The notes under the pieces: model-generated | What the model was told of the DNA's origin: nothing | What the model saw: the letters and a program-made list of their open reading frames with translations, nothing else | Databases searched by the model: none | Assembly: GCA_934122235.1 (NCBI GenBank) | Contig: CAKOWE010000005.1 | Span: 1,330 to 65,329, forward strand | Source of the DNA: an uncultured Clostridia bacterium | GTDB lineage: Bacteria; Bacillota; Clostridia; TANB77; CAG-508 | DNA: 64,000 nucleotides | Direction of reading: 5' to 3' | Part shown: positions 1-8,458 of the stretch, in pieces | Numbering within the stretch: the first letter of the stretch is position 1 | Layout of the letters: the number at the start of each line of letters is the position of its first letter | Program-made: the position numbers and the translations under genes

Positions 1-1274
1 TAGTATTTTCCTAAGTGTAAATTAGAAAATTGAGCCATTCCATCATCATTAGTTATGGCTTTTGTTATCAATTCTCCTTTTTTATACCATGTAATTGTTC
101 CTGCAACATTTGTAATATCTTCTCTTGCATATAATGCTATTTCTGCTCCTTTTAGTTTGTTATTATAATTATCTGTTTTATATGCTTTGATTTCCCCAGT
201 TGGTTCTTCGTTTACTATTGCTTTTGTTGCTGTTTGATTTACTTTAACTTCTACATCATAAGATTTTGTATCTATTAAATACCCATAAGGCACTGATATT
301 TCATTTATTGTATAAGTTCCTTTTTTTAATTTATCAATAGTAATCTTTCCATTAGTAACAGTAACATCTTTATTATAATCATTTGCTCCTCTTACTTTGA
401 AAACTGCACCATTTATTAAATCTCCATTTGTATTTAATTTTTGTAGCTCTAATCTTCCAAATGTTTCTATATTTAATCCAACTGCCAATGTTACAGGATC
501 ATTGTATGCCATAGAATATAATTGATTTTGAACACCATCTGCAAATTCAAAATAAACCATTGAATCTTGATCATGTGTTCCATCTTTAATCATACCCCAA
601 GACTTAAATTCTGCATCAGTAATAACATAGTTTTCTAAATTTGTATTTTCATCAACTGTTATTGTAAGTGAATTACTACCACTAGAATGTTGAACTCTTA
701 TTCCATTTGTTGTTCTATCTAAATCTGGATATGCTGATAAAACCCCATCAGAATCATTTAATGTTTTACTCTCTCCTGCTTGAACTGTTATTGTTTTTCC
801 ATCAAAACTTGGTCTTCTTTCCATCTGTTTAATTTGATTTTCAATATTGCTTTTAAAACTTATATATTCCGCTTGTATATCACTATCAATAAAAGTTGCA
901 TTGCTTTGTCCTAGTGTTTCCCAGATTAATTGTTGTGTCAAAACATACTGCTTTTTTAACCCTGCTGATGTTCCACCATTTATTACATAATCGCCATGTT
1001 CTTTATACCATCCTAAATATGCTATTTTACATGCCTTTCTAATATTTGAATTTACTGGTGTATAATAACTTCCATTATAAACTGTTCCTGTATCAAAATC
1101 TATTCCATGTTCGGCACAAAATACAGTTCTTTGTTCATTAGTTGTATAGTTTATTAATCTTCTTAATATAACTCCATATTTTGTATTTGCATTATCAGTT
1201 GTTTTAATATATGAAGCAAATTGTCCTCCAACCCATTTGCCTGTTCCAGATGCTGCAAATTTTTCTCCTAGCTT
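1..1274 (-). pseudogene. Surface adhesin fragment (thioester/TQXA-type domain followed by SpaA/Cna-B-like fold domains). The C-terminus runs off the window and there is no usable start codon.
   Basis: My own minus-strand translation gives ..NEQRTVFCAEHGIDFDTG.. and ..KKQYVLTQQLIWETLGQ.. (Cys plus a TQxx[IV]W thioester signature). This is followed by GDLINGAVFKVRG..TNGKITIDKLKKGTYTINEISVPYGY (Cna-B/SpaA-like). The frame is closed by TAG at 1275-1277, with no ATG/GTG/TTG before the thioester Cys. It is absent from the ORF track because it is open-ended. Confidence 0.5.
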
Positions 1275-1533
1275 CTATTTTCATATAGATATTTTTCAGT
1301 TCTTCTTAAATAAATGGTTGCAATTATTAAGAAAAACATAAGTATTGAAATTGCTATTGATATTATATTAACATTATAAAAATAATTATATAAAACATAT
1401 ACTAGACTGTAGCTTATTATTTGTCCAATCACCATATATATATTAAACGTAAAAATATGTTCTTTTCTATATTTAGATAAATTGTCAGTTCATAAATACA
1501 ATAAATTAAATTTCAAAAGATTTATATTAATTT

Positions 1534-2850
1534 CTATTTATTAACATAACTTTTACAACTCTCTTCAAATTCTATATCTGATTTTGAATATTGGTCCGGT
1601 TTTAATCCAAATCTAGTTTTCATATAATTTAAAGTAAATAACATAGCAATTAATGAAATTAATCCAACTAGTAGAAATGCGTTTTGTACATTTATTATGT
1701 TTAATAGTACTCCTCCTAATATTGAAAATATACTTGCAGCTATTCCACCTATAAATTCATAAGAAAAAGTTACTTTGTTTCTCATGTCTTCATTTGTAAA
1801 ATTTTTTAAATATTTAGATTCTAAAATATACCATATTGACGTAGTAATTTTTTGTATCGCATACATTACTAATATTATTGGTATTATTGAATTATCAACG
1901 CATACACTTGAAATTACTCCTATTATAACACAAGCACCTATATACATTAAGGATATAAAAGATAAAGTTCTGTTTTTAAAGTGTTTTTCAATTGGTCTTT
2001 TTAAAGAAAGTGATATTCCTCCTATTAAAATTAATATAGCAAATATCATTGAGAATTGTTCTTCTGGAATTCCAATACTGGTTAGCAAATCACTATTATA
2101 TGTATCTATTATACTTATTAAACTATAAAATACAATTTGAAATAATACAAAAGCTTTCATTCTTTTTGATTTTAGTATAAATTTAAATGAAGTTTTTAAA
2201 TCTTCTTTATATGACTTTAATAGTGAAAGTGATTTGTCTTTTTCTTTTTTCCTTTTAAGTTTAACTTCATATATGTCTTCAAAACTAAATGATAGTATTG
2301 TAGATATAATTGTAAAAGCTAGACATATAAACATAGGTAAATAATTATTTAATACAAATAAATATCCTGCTGTTAATGAGGCTATTCCATCCAATATATA
2401 ATACCAACTTCCACCCTTTGCATCTAATTTTGAATATAAACCTTCTCCACCTCTTGTTGCTACAGAATCATATAATAAATTAGATTCTGCAATTACCTTA
2501 ATGTCAAATCCCAATGAAAATATTAAGTCGGCTATGATTATACCTATTGCACCTGGTACTAAAATTAAAATTAAAACATAAAAAGCAAGCATTATATTAC
2601 CTAAAATTATACTTTTCTTTTTGCCAAAATAATCTGTAATTGCAACAGCTGGTATTTGCATTAATATTCTAAAAAATAAATAAAATCCATTTATTACTAG
2701 TACTTCTGAAGCTGTAATTTTCTTAGTTATTGTGTAAAATAAAAATTCAATAGAATAAAAAAACAATAAATCCCATGAAAACATTTTATATACTGGGTAT
2801 AGTCTAGCATTTTTTCTTCTTTTTTCATTCAACTTTAATCTATTGTTCAT
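1534..2850 (-). CDS. MFS-type transporter
   Basis: 438-aa ORF with about 12 hydrophobic segments and an MFS-like loop (DYFGKKKSIILG) after TM2. Confidence 0.8.
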   Translation of the reverse strand: MNNRLKLNEKRRKNARLYPVYKMFSWDLLFFYSIEFLFYTITKKITASEVLVINGFYLFFRILMQIPAVAITDYFGKKKSIILGNIMLAFYVLILILVPGAIGIIIADLIFSLGFDIKVIAESNLLYDSVATRGGEGLYSKLDAKGGSWYYILDGIASLTAGYLFVLNNYLPMFICLAFTIISTILSFSFEDIYEVKLKRKKEKDKSLSLLKSYKEDLKTSFKFILKSKRMKAFVLFQIVFYSLISIIDTYNSDLLTSIGIPEEQFSMIFAILILIGGISLSLKRPIEKHFKNRTLSFISLMYIGACVIIGVISSVCVDNSIIPIILVMYAIQKITTSIWYILESKYLKNFTNEDMRNKVTFSYEFIGGIAASIFSILGGVLLNIINVQNAFLLVGLISLIAMLFTLNYMKTRFGLKPDQYSKSDIEFEESCKSYVNK

Positions 2851-3000
2851 TGTATTTGTCTCCTTTTAATTATTACATCGTTGATTTGCTTAATTATTAT
2901 ATCGTTAATTTAGAAAAAAGTAAACATTATAAGGTTTTTACTAAAAAACATCTAATTTATGACAATAATTAGATGTTTTCAAATTTTAACTGTAATGTTT

Positions 3001-3382
3001 TTATAATTTCTTTATCCATTGATCAATTTCGTCTGGAGATGTTACTAATTCGTTTGTGGTATAATCTTCTGTGAATACAATATTCATTTCATTTTCAACT
3101 TTAGAATTTGGACATAATTCTTTTATTTCTTTAAAAGTATGTCCAAGCCATCCAGCATTTGTTGCATATGGCTTTATTATTTTTCCAGATAAATTATTTT
3201 CTTTAAAAAAAGTTCTAATAACTGGTGTAATTGTATACCACCAAACAGGGCTGCCTAATATTATTTCATCATATTTTATCCTCTCTTGCCCATATTTCTC
3301 CAAATAATATGTCATCATTTAATTCTGCAAATTTAGGTGCTAATTCTCCCAAATTATCTCTGCCTGCTGTTTGTTTATCCAT
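3001..3382 (-). pseudogene. Deletion scar: the N-terminal ~36 codons of a carboxymuconolactone-decarboxylase (CMD/AhpD-like) gene fused out of frame to the C-terminal two thirds of a flavodoxin-like gene.
   Basis: An RBS and ATG at 3382 encode MDKQTAGRDNLGELAPKFAELNDDILFGEIWAREDKI* (typical CMD N-terminus). The overlapping 105-aa ORF carries ..YDEIILGSPVWWYTITPVIRTFF..KPYATNAGW.. (flavodoxin_4-like) but lacks the N-terminal FMN-binding segment. Confidence 0.6.
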
Positions 3383-3405
3383 AAAAACCTCCTTTAAAAA
3401 TTAAA

Positions 3406-3789
3406 TTATATATTTTCAGTAAAATCTTTTCTTTTTCCAGCAATTATTTCGTTATAAATTTCAATCTTGTAGTCCAATCTATTAAGTGTTTCTGTTATTT
3501 TTTTTTGAGTTTCTAATAATTTTTCTCTTTGTTCTTCTAGTAGTTTTTTTCTAGCTTTAACTGTACTTTTACCTTGTTCTAATAAAGTCATATAATCTAT
3601 TAATATTTCAATTCCTACTCCAGCATTTCTCATGCATTTTATAAATTCAATTCTTTTACAAGAATCTTCATCATAATTTCGTATTCCATTCTTATTTCTT
3701 GGTACATTTACAAGCAAACCTATTCTTTCATAATATCTTAATGTATCTGGTGTTAATTCGTACAATTTACTTACCTGAGCTATTGTCAT
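3406..3789 (-). CDS. MerR-family transcriptional regulator
   Basis: MTIAQVSKLYELTPDTLRYYERIGLL helix-turn-helix followed by a coiled-coil. A GGAGG RBS lies 8 nt before the ATG at 3789 (the track start at 3804 is probably too early). Confidence 0.85.
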   Translation of the reverse strand: MTIAQVSKLYELTPDTLRYYERIGLLVNVPRNKNGIRNYDEDSCKRIEFIKCMRNAGVGIEILIDYMTLLEQGKSTVKARKKLLEEQREKLLETQKKITETLNRLDYKIEIYNEIIAGKRKDFTENI

Positions 3790-3814
3790 AATTATGTCCT
3801 CCAATTAACATATT

Positions 3815-5578
3815 TTACTTATTTGTTAAAAAACTACTAATTTCATTAAATAATTTGTTTACTGACATTCCATTTTCTTCTAATAACTTTTCTGGATTAA
3901 AGTCTGTATGGAAAGCTTTAGAAATGCCGTGGTTCTTAACAAGCATTTTACTAGTACCATAAAATGATGCTATTGTTTGTCCATATCCTCCCATCAATTC
4001 TCCATCTTCTAAAGTTATAATGAAGTCATGATTTTCTTTTAATAAATTTAAAAGTTCTTCATCTAAACCAGTTAAAAATCTTGGATTTATAACAGTTATG
4101 TCAGTTTCTAATTCATCTTTTACCTTTTTGGCTACTTGTAATGCCATAGATAACATTGGACCAACAGCAAAAATTGCAATTTTTGTTCCTTGTAGTTCTA
4201 TTTTATTTTTATTATAAATTGAATAATCAGTTGTGTCCTCTATTCCTGTTGATATAAATCTATTTAAAACTCTTATTCCAACAGGATGTTTCTTTTGAGT
4301 TGTTGCAAATTTAAACATTTGATTATATTCTTCCTTGCTTGTTGGTGCTAAATAGATTAAATTTGGAATATGCGCAAACATTTGAATATCACATAACGCA
4401 ATATGTGTGTTTGAATTCATACCATAAACTCCTGGATTTAGTACAAGCATAGTAGCAGGATTATCGTTTAAACATAAATCATGTGACATTTGATCATATG
4501 TTCTTTGGAAAAATGGTGCAAAAGTTCCAAATACAGCTGTTCCACCATTTTTGGCAATACCACTACTCATTGCTACTGCGTTTTCTTCTGCAATTCCTAC
4601 ATCAACAAATTGACCTCTAGAAACATATTCTTCACGAACTCCCTTTACAAAGCCTAATCCCATTGGTGTACCTGCATTCAATACAATTGCTTGCTTGTTT
4701 GTATCTAACAAATTTTTTAAACTATCAAAAACTGTTGTATCAGGCTTTTCATTAGAAACAAATTTAGGTGAGCCATCTTGTGCATTAAATGGACCTCCAG
4801 CATGCCATGCTTCTCTATTTTCTTCCGCAAATTTTAAACCTTTTCCTTTAATTGTATGAATGTGCAATACTATTGGGTGGTTAATATCTTTAACGCTTTC
4901 AAACAATTCTACTAATTTTGCTATATCATGTCCATCTTCTAAATACTTATAATCAAGTCCGAATGATTTAAACACATTATTTGGACTTTCTCCATTCGTA
5001 TTTCTTAATTCTTTTAAAGTTTTGTAAATACCACCATGATTTTCTGCAATACTTTGATCATTATCATTAACAATGATTATTAAATTATTTTTATATTCTC
5101 CTGCATAGTCTAAAGCTTCTAAAGCTTCTCCACCTGTAAGCGAACCATCTCCAATAACAGCAATTATATTTTCTTTTCCATTATTTAAATCTCTACCTTC
5201 AGCAAGTCCTAATGCTAAAGAAATCGAAGTAGAAGTATGACCTATTGTAAATAAGTCATGCTTACTTTCATTTGGATTTGTATATCCTGTAACATCCTTA
5301 AAATGTTTTGAATCTGTAAATGCTTCTTTTCTTCCTGTTAGTATCTTATGAGGATAGCTTTGGTGGGATACATCAAAAACTATTTTATCAATTGGTGAAT
5401 TAAAAACATAGTGTAATGCTACAGTAACTTCAACCATTCCTAAGTTTGGGCCACTGTGCCCACCTGCATTACTAATTTTGTTAATTAACGCTTCCCTTGT
5501 TTCTTTTGCCAAAACTGATAATTCATTAATTTTTAATTTCTTAATATCTTCTGGTCCATTTACTTTTTCTAAATACAT
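3815..5578 (-). CDS. DXS-like thiamine-diphosphate enzyme (paralogue of 1-deoxy-D-xylulose-5-phosphate synthase)
   Basis: GGHSGPNLGMVEVTVALHYVF..DVSHQSYPHKILTGR..VIGDGSLTGGEALEAL (ThDP motif). It is collinear with the canonical dxs at 56099-57985. The probable start MYLEKVNGPEDIKKL is at 5578. Confidence 0.75.
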   Translation of the reverse strand: MYLEKVNGPEDIKKLKINELSVLAKETREALINKISNAGGHSGPNLGMVEVTVALHYVFNSPIDKIVFDVSHQSYPHKILTGRKEAFTDSKHFKDVTGYTNPNESKHDLFTIGHTSTSISLALGLAEGRDLNNGKENIIAVIGDGSLTGGEALEALDYAGEYKNNLIIIVNDNDQSIAENHGGIYKTLKELRNTNGESPNNVFKSFGLDYKYLEDGHDIAKLVELFESVKDINHPIVLHIHTIKGKGLKFAEENREAWHAGGPFNAQDGSPKFVSNEKPDTTVFDSLKNLLDTNKQAIVLNAGTPMGLGFVKGVREEYVSRGQFVDVGIAEENAVAMSSGIAKNGGTAVFGTFAPFFQRTYDQMSHDLCLNDNPATMLVLNPGVYGMNSNTHIALCDIQMFAHIPNLIYLAPTSKEEYNQMFKFATTQKKHPVGIRVLNRFISTGIEDTTDYSIYNKNKIELQGTKIAIFAVGPMLSMALQVAKKVKDELETDITVINPRFLTGLDEELLNLLKENHDFIITLEDGELMGGYGQTIASFYGTSKMLVKNHGISKAFHTDFNPEKLLEENGMSVNKLFNEISSFLTNK

Positions 5579-5676
5579 ACCCTTATACCTCTTTTCTTTC
5601 AAATTCATTATAATACGTGACAATAAATTTTAATAATATACACTGCCATGTAACATTAATAGTTTTCTTTAATAAT

Positions 5677-5707
5677 CATATATCACTTAGAGTTAGCTCT
5701 AAGTCAA
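5677..5707 (-). promoter_or_regulatory. MerR-type promoter: TTGACT -35, a ~19-nt spacer containing a perfect 8-bp inverted repeat, and a TATATG -10
   Basis: Minus sense reads TTGACTtagagctaactctaagtgaTATATG. The palindrome ACTTAGAG-ttag-CTCTAAGT is at 5685-5704. It lies upstream of the DXS-like/merR operon. Confidence 0.5.
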
Positions 5708-5731
5708 TAGTTTTTTTATTTTTTTTAAAAT

Positions 5732-5768
5732 AAAAATCATCTTATACATATTAATTAAGATGACTTTT
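5732..5768 (-). terminator. Rho-independent terminator after the cupin remnant
   Basis: 8-bp stem tcatctta/taagatga followed (minus sense) by TTTTTATTTT. Confidence 0.5.
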
Positions 5769-5790
5769 TATTGATTAATTTACAATTCAA

Positions 5791-6035
5791 TTAAAAAGAG
5801 ACTACAAGTAGCATTTTAAACATTTCTTCTCCAAAAACACTATGAGGTATACCCTTTGGCATAACATTGCATCTCCATCTGAAGAATGTGAAGATATTTC
5901 TTCTCCCTTATCAAATGAAAAAACTGTAACACTTACTAATTCATTTTGAACTAATGTCTTACTAACTACTTGTCCTTCTTGGTATTCAACAATTTGTTTT
6001 AATTCTAGCACTTCTTCTTTATTAATATTTTGTAC
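5791..6035 (-). pseudogene. Cupin-domain gene remnant (lesion near the start plus an internal out-of-frame deletion)
   Basis: Frame 1 reads ..NVQNINKEEVLELKQIVEYQEGQVVSKTLVQNELVSVTVFSFDKGEEISSHSSDGDA. The cupin C-terminus NVMPKGIPHSVFGEEMFKMLLVVSF* then continues in another frame (stop at 5791-5793), with about 25 residues of the barrel missing. The RBS-linked ATG at 6036-6034 is out of frame with the cupin frame. Confidence 0.6.
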
Positions 6036-6038
6036 ATT

Positions 6039-6881
6039 TTAAATACCTCCCTTTACATCTTTATTTAATTTTCTTTTTACTAATTCATCATGATAAAAAT
6101 AATTTATATATTTTATATTATTTCCGTCGCAATATTGATTTATACTTTTAGCTAAATTACACCAATATTGTTTATTTCCTTTTATATATATTTCAGCATA
6201 ATCATTATAATATTGAGGATAAACTTCTTTTATATAATTTAATATTGATATTTTGTATTGTCCTCTTAAATTAAGGTTTTCAAACCAATATTCGTCGATA
6301 AATTCTTTTGATTTATCTATAATCTCTTTCCATTCAGTAATATATGGAAATATTGGTGACATAAATAATACCGTATGAATTTTATTTTCGTGTAATTTTT
6401 TTAAAGTATCTAATCTTTCTTCTATTGTTGAAGCATTGTCCATATCTTTTCTAAAATTTTCATTAAGTGTATTTATAGACATGCTTACTGTTACATTATT
6501 TATATGTTTTAGCAAATCTACATCTCTCAAAATTAATTTTGATTTAGTAGAAATAGATAAATAACACTTAGAATTAATTAATTGTTTTAAAATATTTCTA
6601 GTTATTTGGTATTTTTCTTCACAAAAATTATAACAATCTGTAACAGAGGACAAAAATACTGATTTATTTTCTATTTTTTGTAAGTTTATTTTTTTGTCAC
6701 ATTTCTTTACATCTACAAAAGTACCCCACTCTTCCTTATGTCCTGTAAATCTTTTCATAAATGATGCATAGCAATATTTGCATCCATGAGGACAACCAAC
6801 ATATGGATTTATAACATAATCGCTTGAAGGTAAGTTTGATTTTGTTAAATAATCATTAACCTGTATTTCATTTATTAACAT
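6039..6881 (-). CDS. Radical SAM protein (SplB/COG1533-like)
   Basis: NPYVGCPHGCKYCYASFM CxxxCxxC cluster motif; 280 aa. Confidence 0.75.
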   Translation of the reverse strand: MLINEIQVNDYLTKSNLPSSDYVINPYVGCPHGCKYCYASFMKRFTGHKEEWGTFVDVKKCDKKINLQKIENKSVFLSSVTDCYNFCEEKYQITRNILKQLINSKCYLSISTKSKLILRDVDLLKHINNVTVSMSINTLNENFRKDMDNASTIEERLDTLKKLHENKIHTVLFMSPIFPYITEWKEIIDKSKEFIDEYWFENLNLRGQYKISILNYIKEVYPQYYNDYAEIYIKGNKQYWCNLAKSINQYCDGNNIKYINYFYHDELVKRKLNKDVKGGI

Positions 6882-7043
6882 TTCTTACTTCCATTTCTTT
6901 ATTAAAATATATATTATCTTATACCATATATACCATAAAATCTAATTTTTTTCAACCCATATATATTTGTATATCAAGATATTTACATTTCTTTTTGAAA
7001 TGGTATATAATATTATTCTAAAGTATTTTATGGAGGTTAAATT

Positions 7044-8018
7044 ATGATTGACAAAACTAAAAATCCTGAATTTTTAAACTCATTTTTAGATTACTCTAGC
7101 GTTATTTTAAACAAGTCTCCTAATACAATAAAAGAATATAATTACGACTTAGTGAATTTTTTGAAATTTACTAAGCATCATTTAGGAAAAACTACAGAAA
7201 AAGATTTTTCAAATATAAACATTACTGATATAAGTATTGAAGATATAAAAGAACTTAAACTTAATGATTTACATTCATACCTAGCATATTTAAAAGATTA
7301 TCATAATGCAAAACCAGCTACAAGAGCCCGAAAAGCAGCTTGTCTTAAAACGTTTTTCAATTATTTAACTGTTAAAACTAACCAATTAGAAATAAATCCA
7401 GCTCAAAATTTAGAATCACCAAAATTAGATAAACGCATACCTAAATATCTTTCTCTAGACGAAAGTAAAGAATTACTTAATACTGTCCATGAAGAAGATA
7501 ATAGAAATAACGAAAGAGATTACGCAATAATAACTATATTCTTAAATTGTGGCATTCGTTTAGCTGAACTAGTAAATATTAACATATCAGATATAAATTT
7601 TAGCGATAATAAACTTAACGTTATAGGAAAAGGTAATAAAGAACGTACTATTTATTTAAATAAAGCATGTATCAAAGCAATTGAAGATTATATAAAAATA
7701 AGACCCAAAAATGCAATCAAAACAGATTCTCGTGATGCACTTTTTTTAAGTGAAAGACGTGAAAGAATTAGTCGTAGAACTGTGCAATATGTAGTAAAAC
7801 GTGAATTGCAAAAAACAGGATTAGATATAAATAAATATTCTGTACATAAATTAAGGCATACAGCGGCCACATTAATGTATCAATATGGTAATGTAGATAT
7901 AAGAGCTTTACAAGAATTATTAGGTCACGAAAGCATTTCAACTACAGAAATATATACTCACGTAGATAATAGCCAAGTCAGAGCTGCTGTAGAAAGTAAT
8001 CCTTTAGCTAATCTATAG
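7044..8018 (+). CDS. Tyrosine recombinase, XerC/XerD family
   Basis: N-terminal SAM-like core-binding domain. The C-terminus HKLRHTAATLMY..LLGHESISTTEIYTHV carries the R..H-R-H/Y catalytic signature. Confidence 0.85.
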   Translation: MIDKTKNPEFLNSFLDYSSVILNKSPNTIKEYNYDLVNFLKFTKHHLGKTTEKDFSNINITDISIEDIKELKLNDLHSYLAYLKDYHNAKPATRARKAACLKTFFNYLTVKTNQLEINPAQNLESPKLDKRIPKYLSLDESKELLNTVHEEDNRNNERDYAIITIFLNCGIRLAELVNINISDINFSDNKLNVIGKGNKERTIYLNKACIKAIEDYIKIRPKNAIKTDSRDALFLSERRERISRRTVQYVVKRELQKTGLDINKYSVHKLRHTAATLMYQYGNVDIRALQELLGHESISTTEIYTHVDNSQVRAAVESNPLANL

Positions 8019-8051
8019 AAATAATAAATTAAGAATTAAATTGTTTCATTC

Positions 8052-8336
8052 TTAATTTATTATTCGCAATTCTTGTCCTTCATATAAATCAGAATCTGTT
8101 AATTTGTTTATACTTTTAATATTATCAACAATTTCTCTTATATCTTTTCCTTTGTAATAATAATTATTTTTTTGTTCATTTTTAGCAATTTCCCATAAAG
8201 TTTCTCCATTTGACACATATATTGTTTTGTATTTTGGCTCATTATATGAAAATGTTGCTTTACATATAAACATAGATATAATTGCTATAATTATTAATAT
8301 ACCTCTAATAAATTTTTTCTTATTCTTGATTCTCAT
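8052..8336 (-). CDS. Small membrane-anchored LysM protein (YneA-like candidate SOS cell-division inhibitor)
   Basis: 94 aa with an N-terminal TM segment (GILIIIAIISMFI) and a C-terminal LysM (YVSNGETLWEIAKNE..LYEGQELRI). The promoter carries LexA-type boxes. Confidence 0.7.
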   Translation of the reverse strand: MRIKNKKKFIRGILIIIAIISMFICKATFSYNEPKYKTIYVSNGETLWEIAKNEQKNNYYYKGKDIREIVDNIKSINKLTDSDLYEGQELRIIN

Positions 8337-8352
8337 AGCATAACCTCCTATA

Positions 8353-8432
8353 CGAACATATTTTCTGTTTATGTTGTAATTATAATACGAACATTTATTC
8401 TTGTCAATACTTTTTCAAAAAAATGTTCGTAT
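8353..8432 (-). promoter_or_regulatory. Sigma-A promoter (TTGACA-17-TATAAT, 8407-8379 minus sense) with three LexA/Cheo-like boxes
   Basis: Boxes are CGAACatatTTTC (8353-8366), CGAACatttATTC (8388-8401) and the reverse complement CGAACatttTTTT (8416-8429). One lies in the spacer, one upstream of -35 and one between the TSS and the RBS. Boxes 2 and 3 form a 12-bp perfect inverted repeat, ATACGAACATTT/AAATGTTCGTAT. Confidence 0.5.
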
Positions 8433-8458
8433 TATAATTGTTAGTATTTCTAATGTAT

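Noticed and set aside
1775-2128. Antisense 'shadow' ORFs in the track. Examples: 1775-2128, 3071-3307, 13745-14056, 17022-17720, 19361-20086, 25064-27925 (a series), 33575-34207, 54412-55065, 55549-55928, 57459-57773 and 61598-61984.
   Set aside because: Each lies opposite a long ORF with clear family motifs. Their translations are low-complexity, Leu/Ile/Phe/Ser-rich mirror images with no RBS. These are typical AT-rich antisense artefacts.
7044-8018. The two tyrosine recombinases (7044-8018 and 28542-29423), considered as integrases marking an integrated mobile element or prophage.
   Set aside because: Both look like XerC/XerD-type chromosomal recombinases in conserved contexts (the LysM/SOS locus, and spoIIM). 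I saw no phage, conjugation or IS genes, no flanking direct repeats, and no tRNA-adjacent att-like site.
8386-8432. The 12-bp perfect inverted repeat ATACGAACATTT..AAATGTTCGTAT, considered as a terminator or attenuator hairpin.
   Set aside because: The 23-nt 'loop' contains the -35 hexamer of a consensus promoter, and each arm carries a CGAAC LexA half-site. Paired operator boxes explain it better than an RNA structure.
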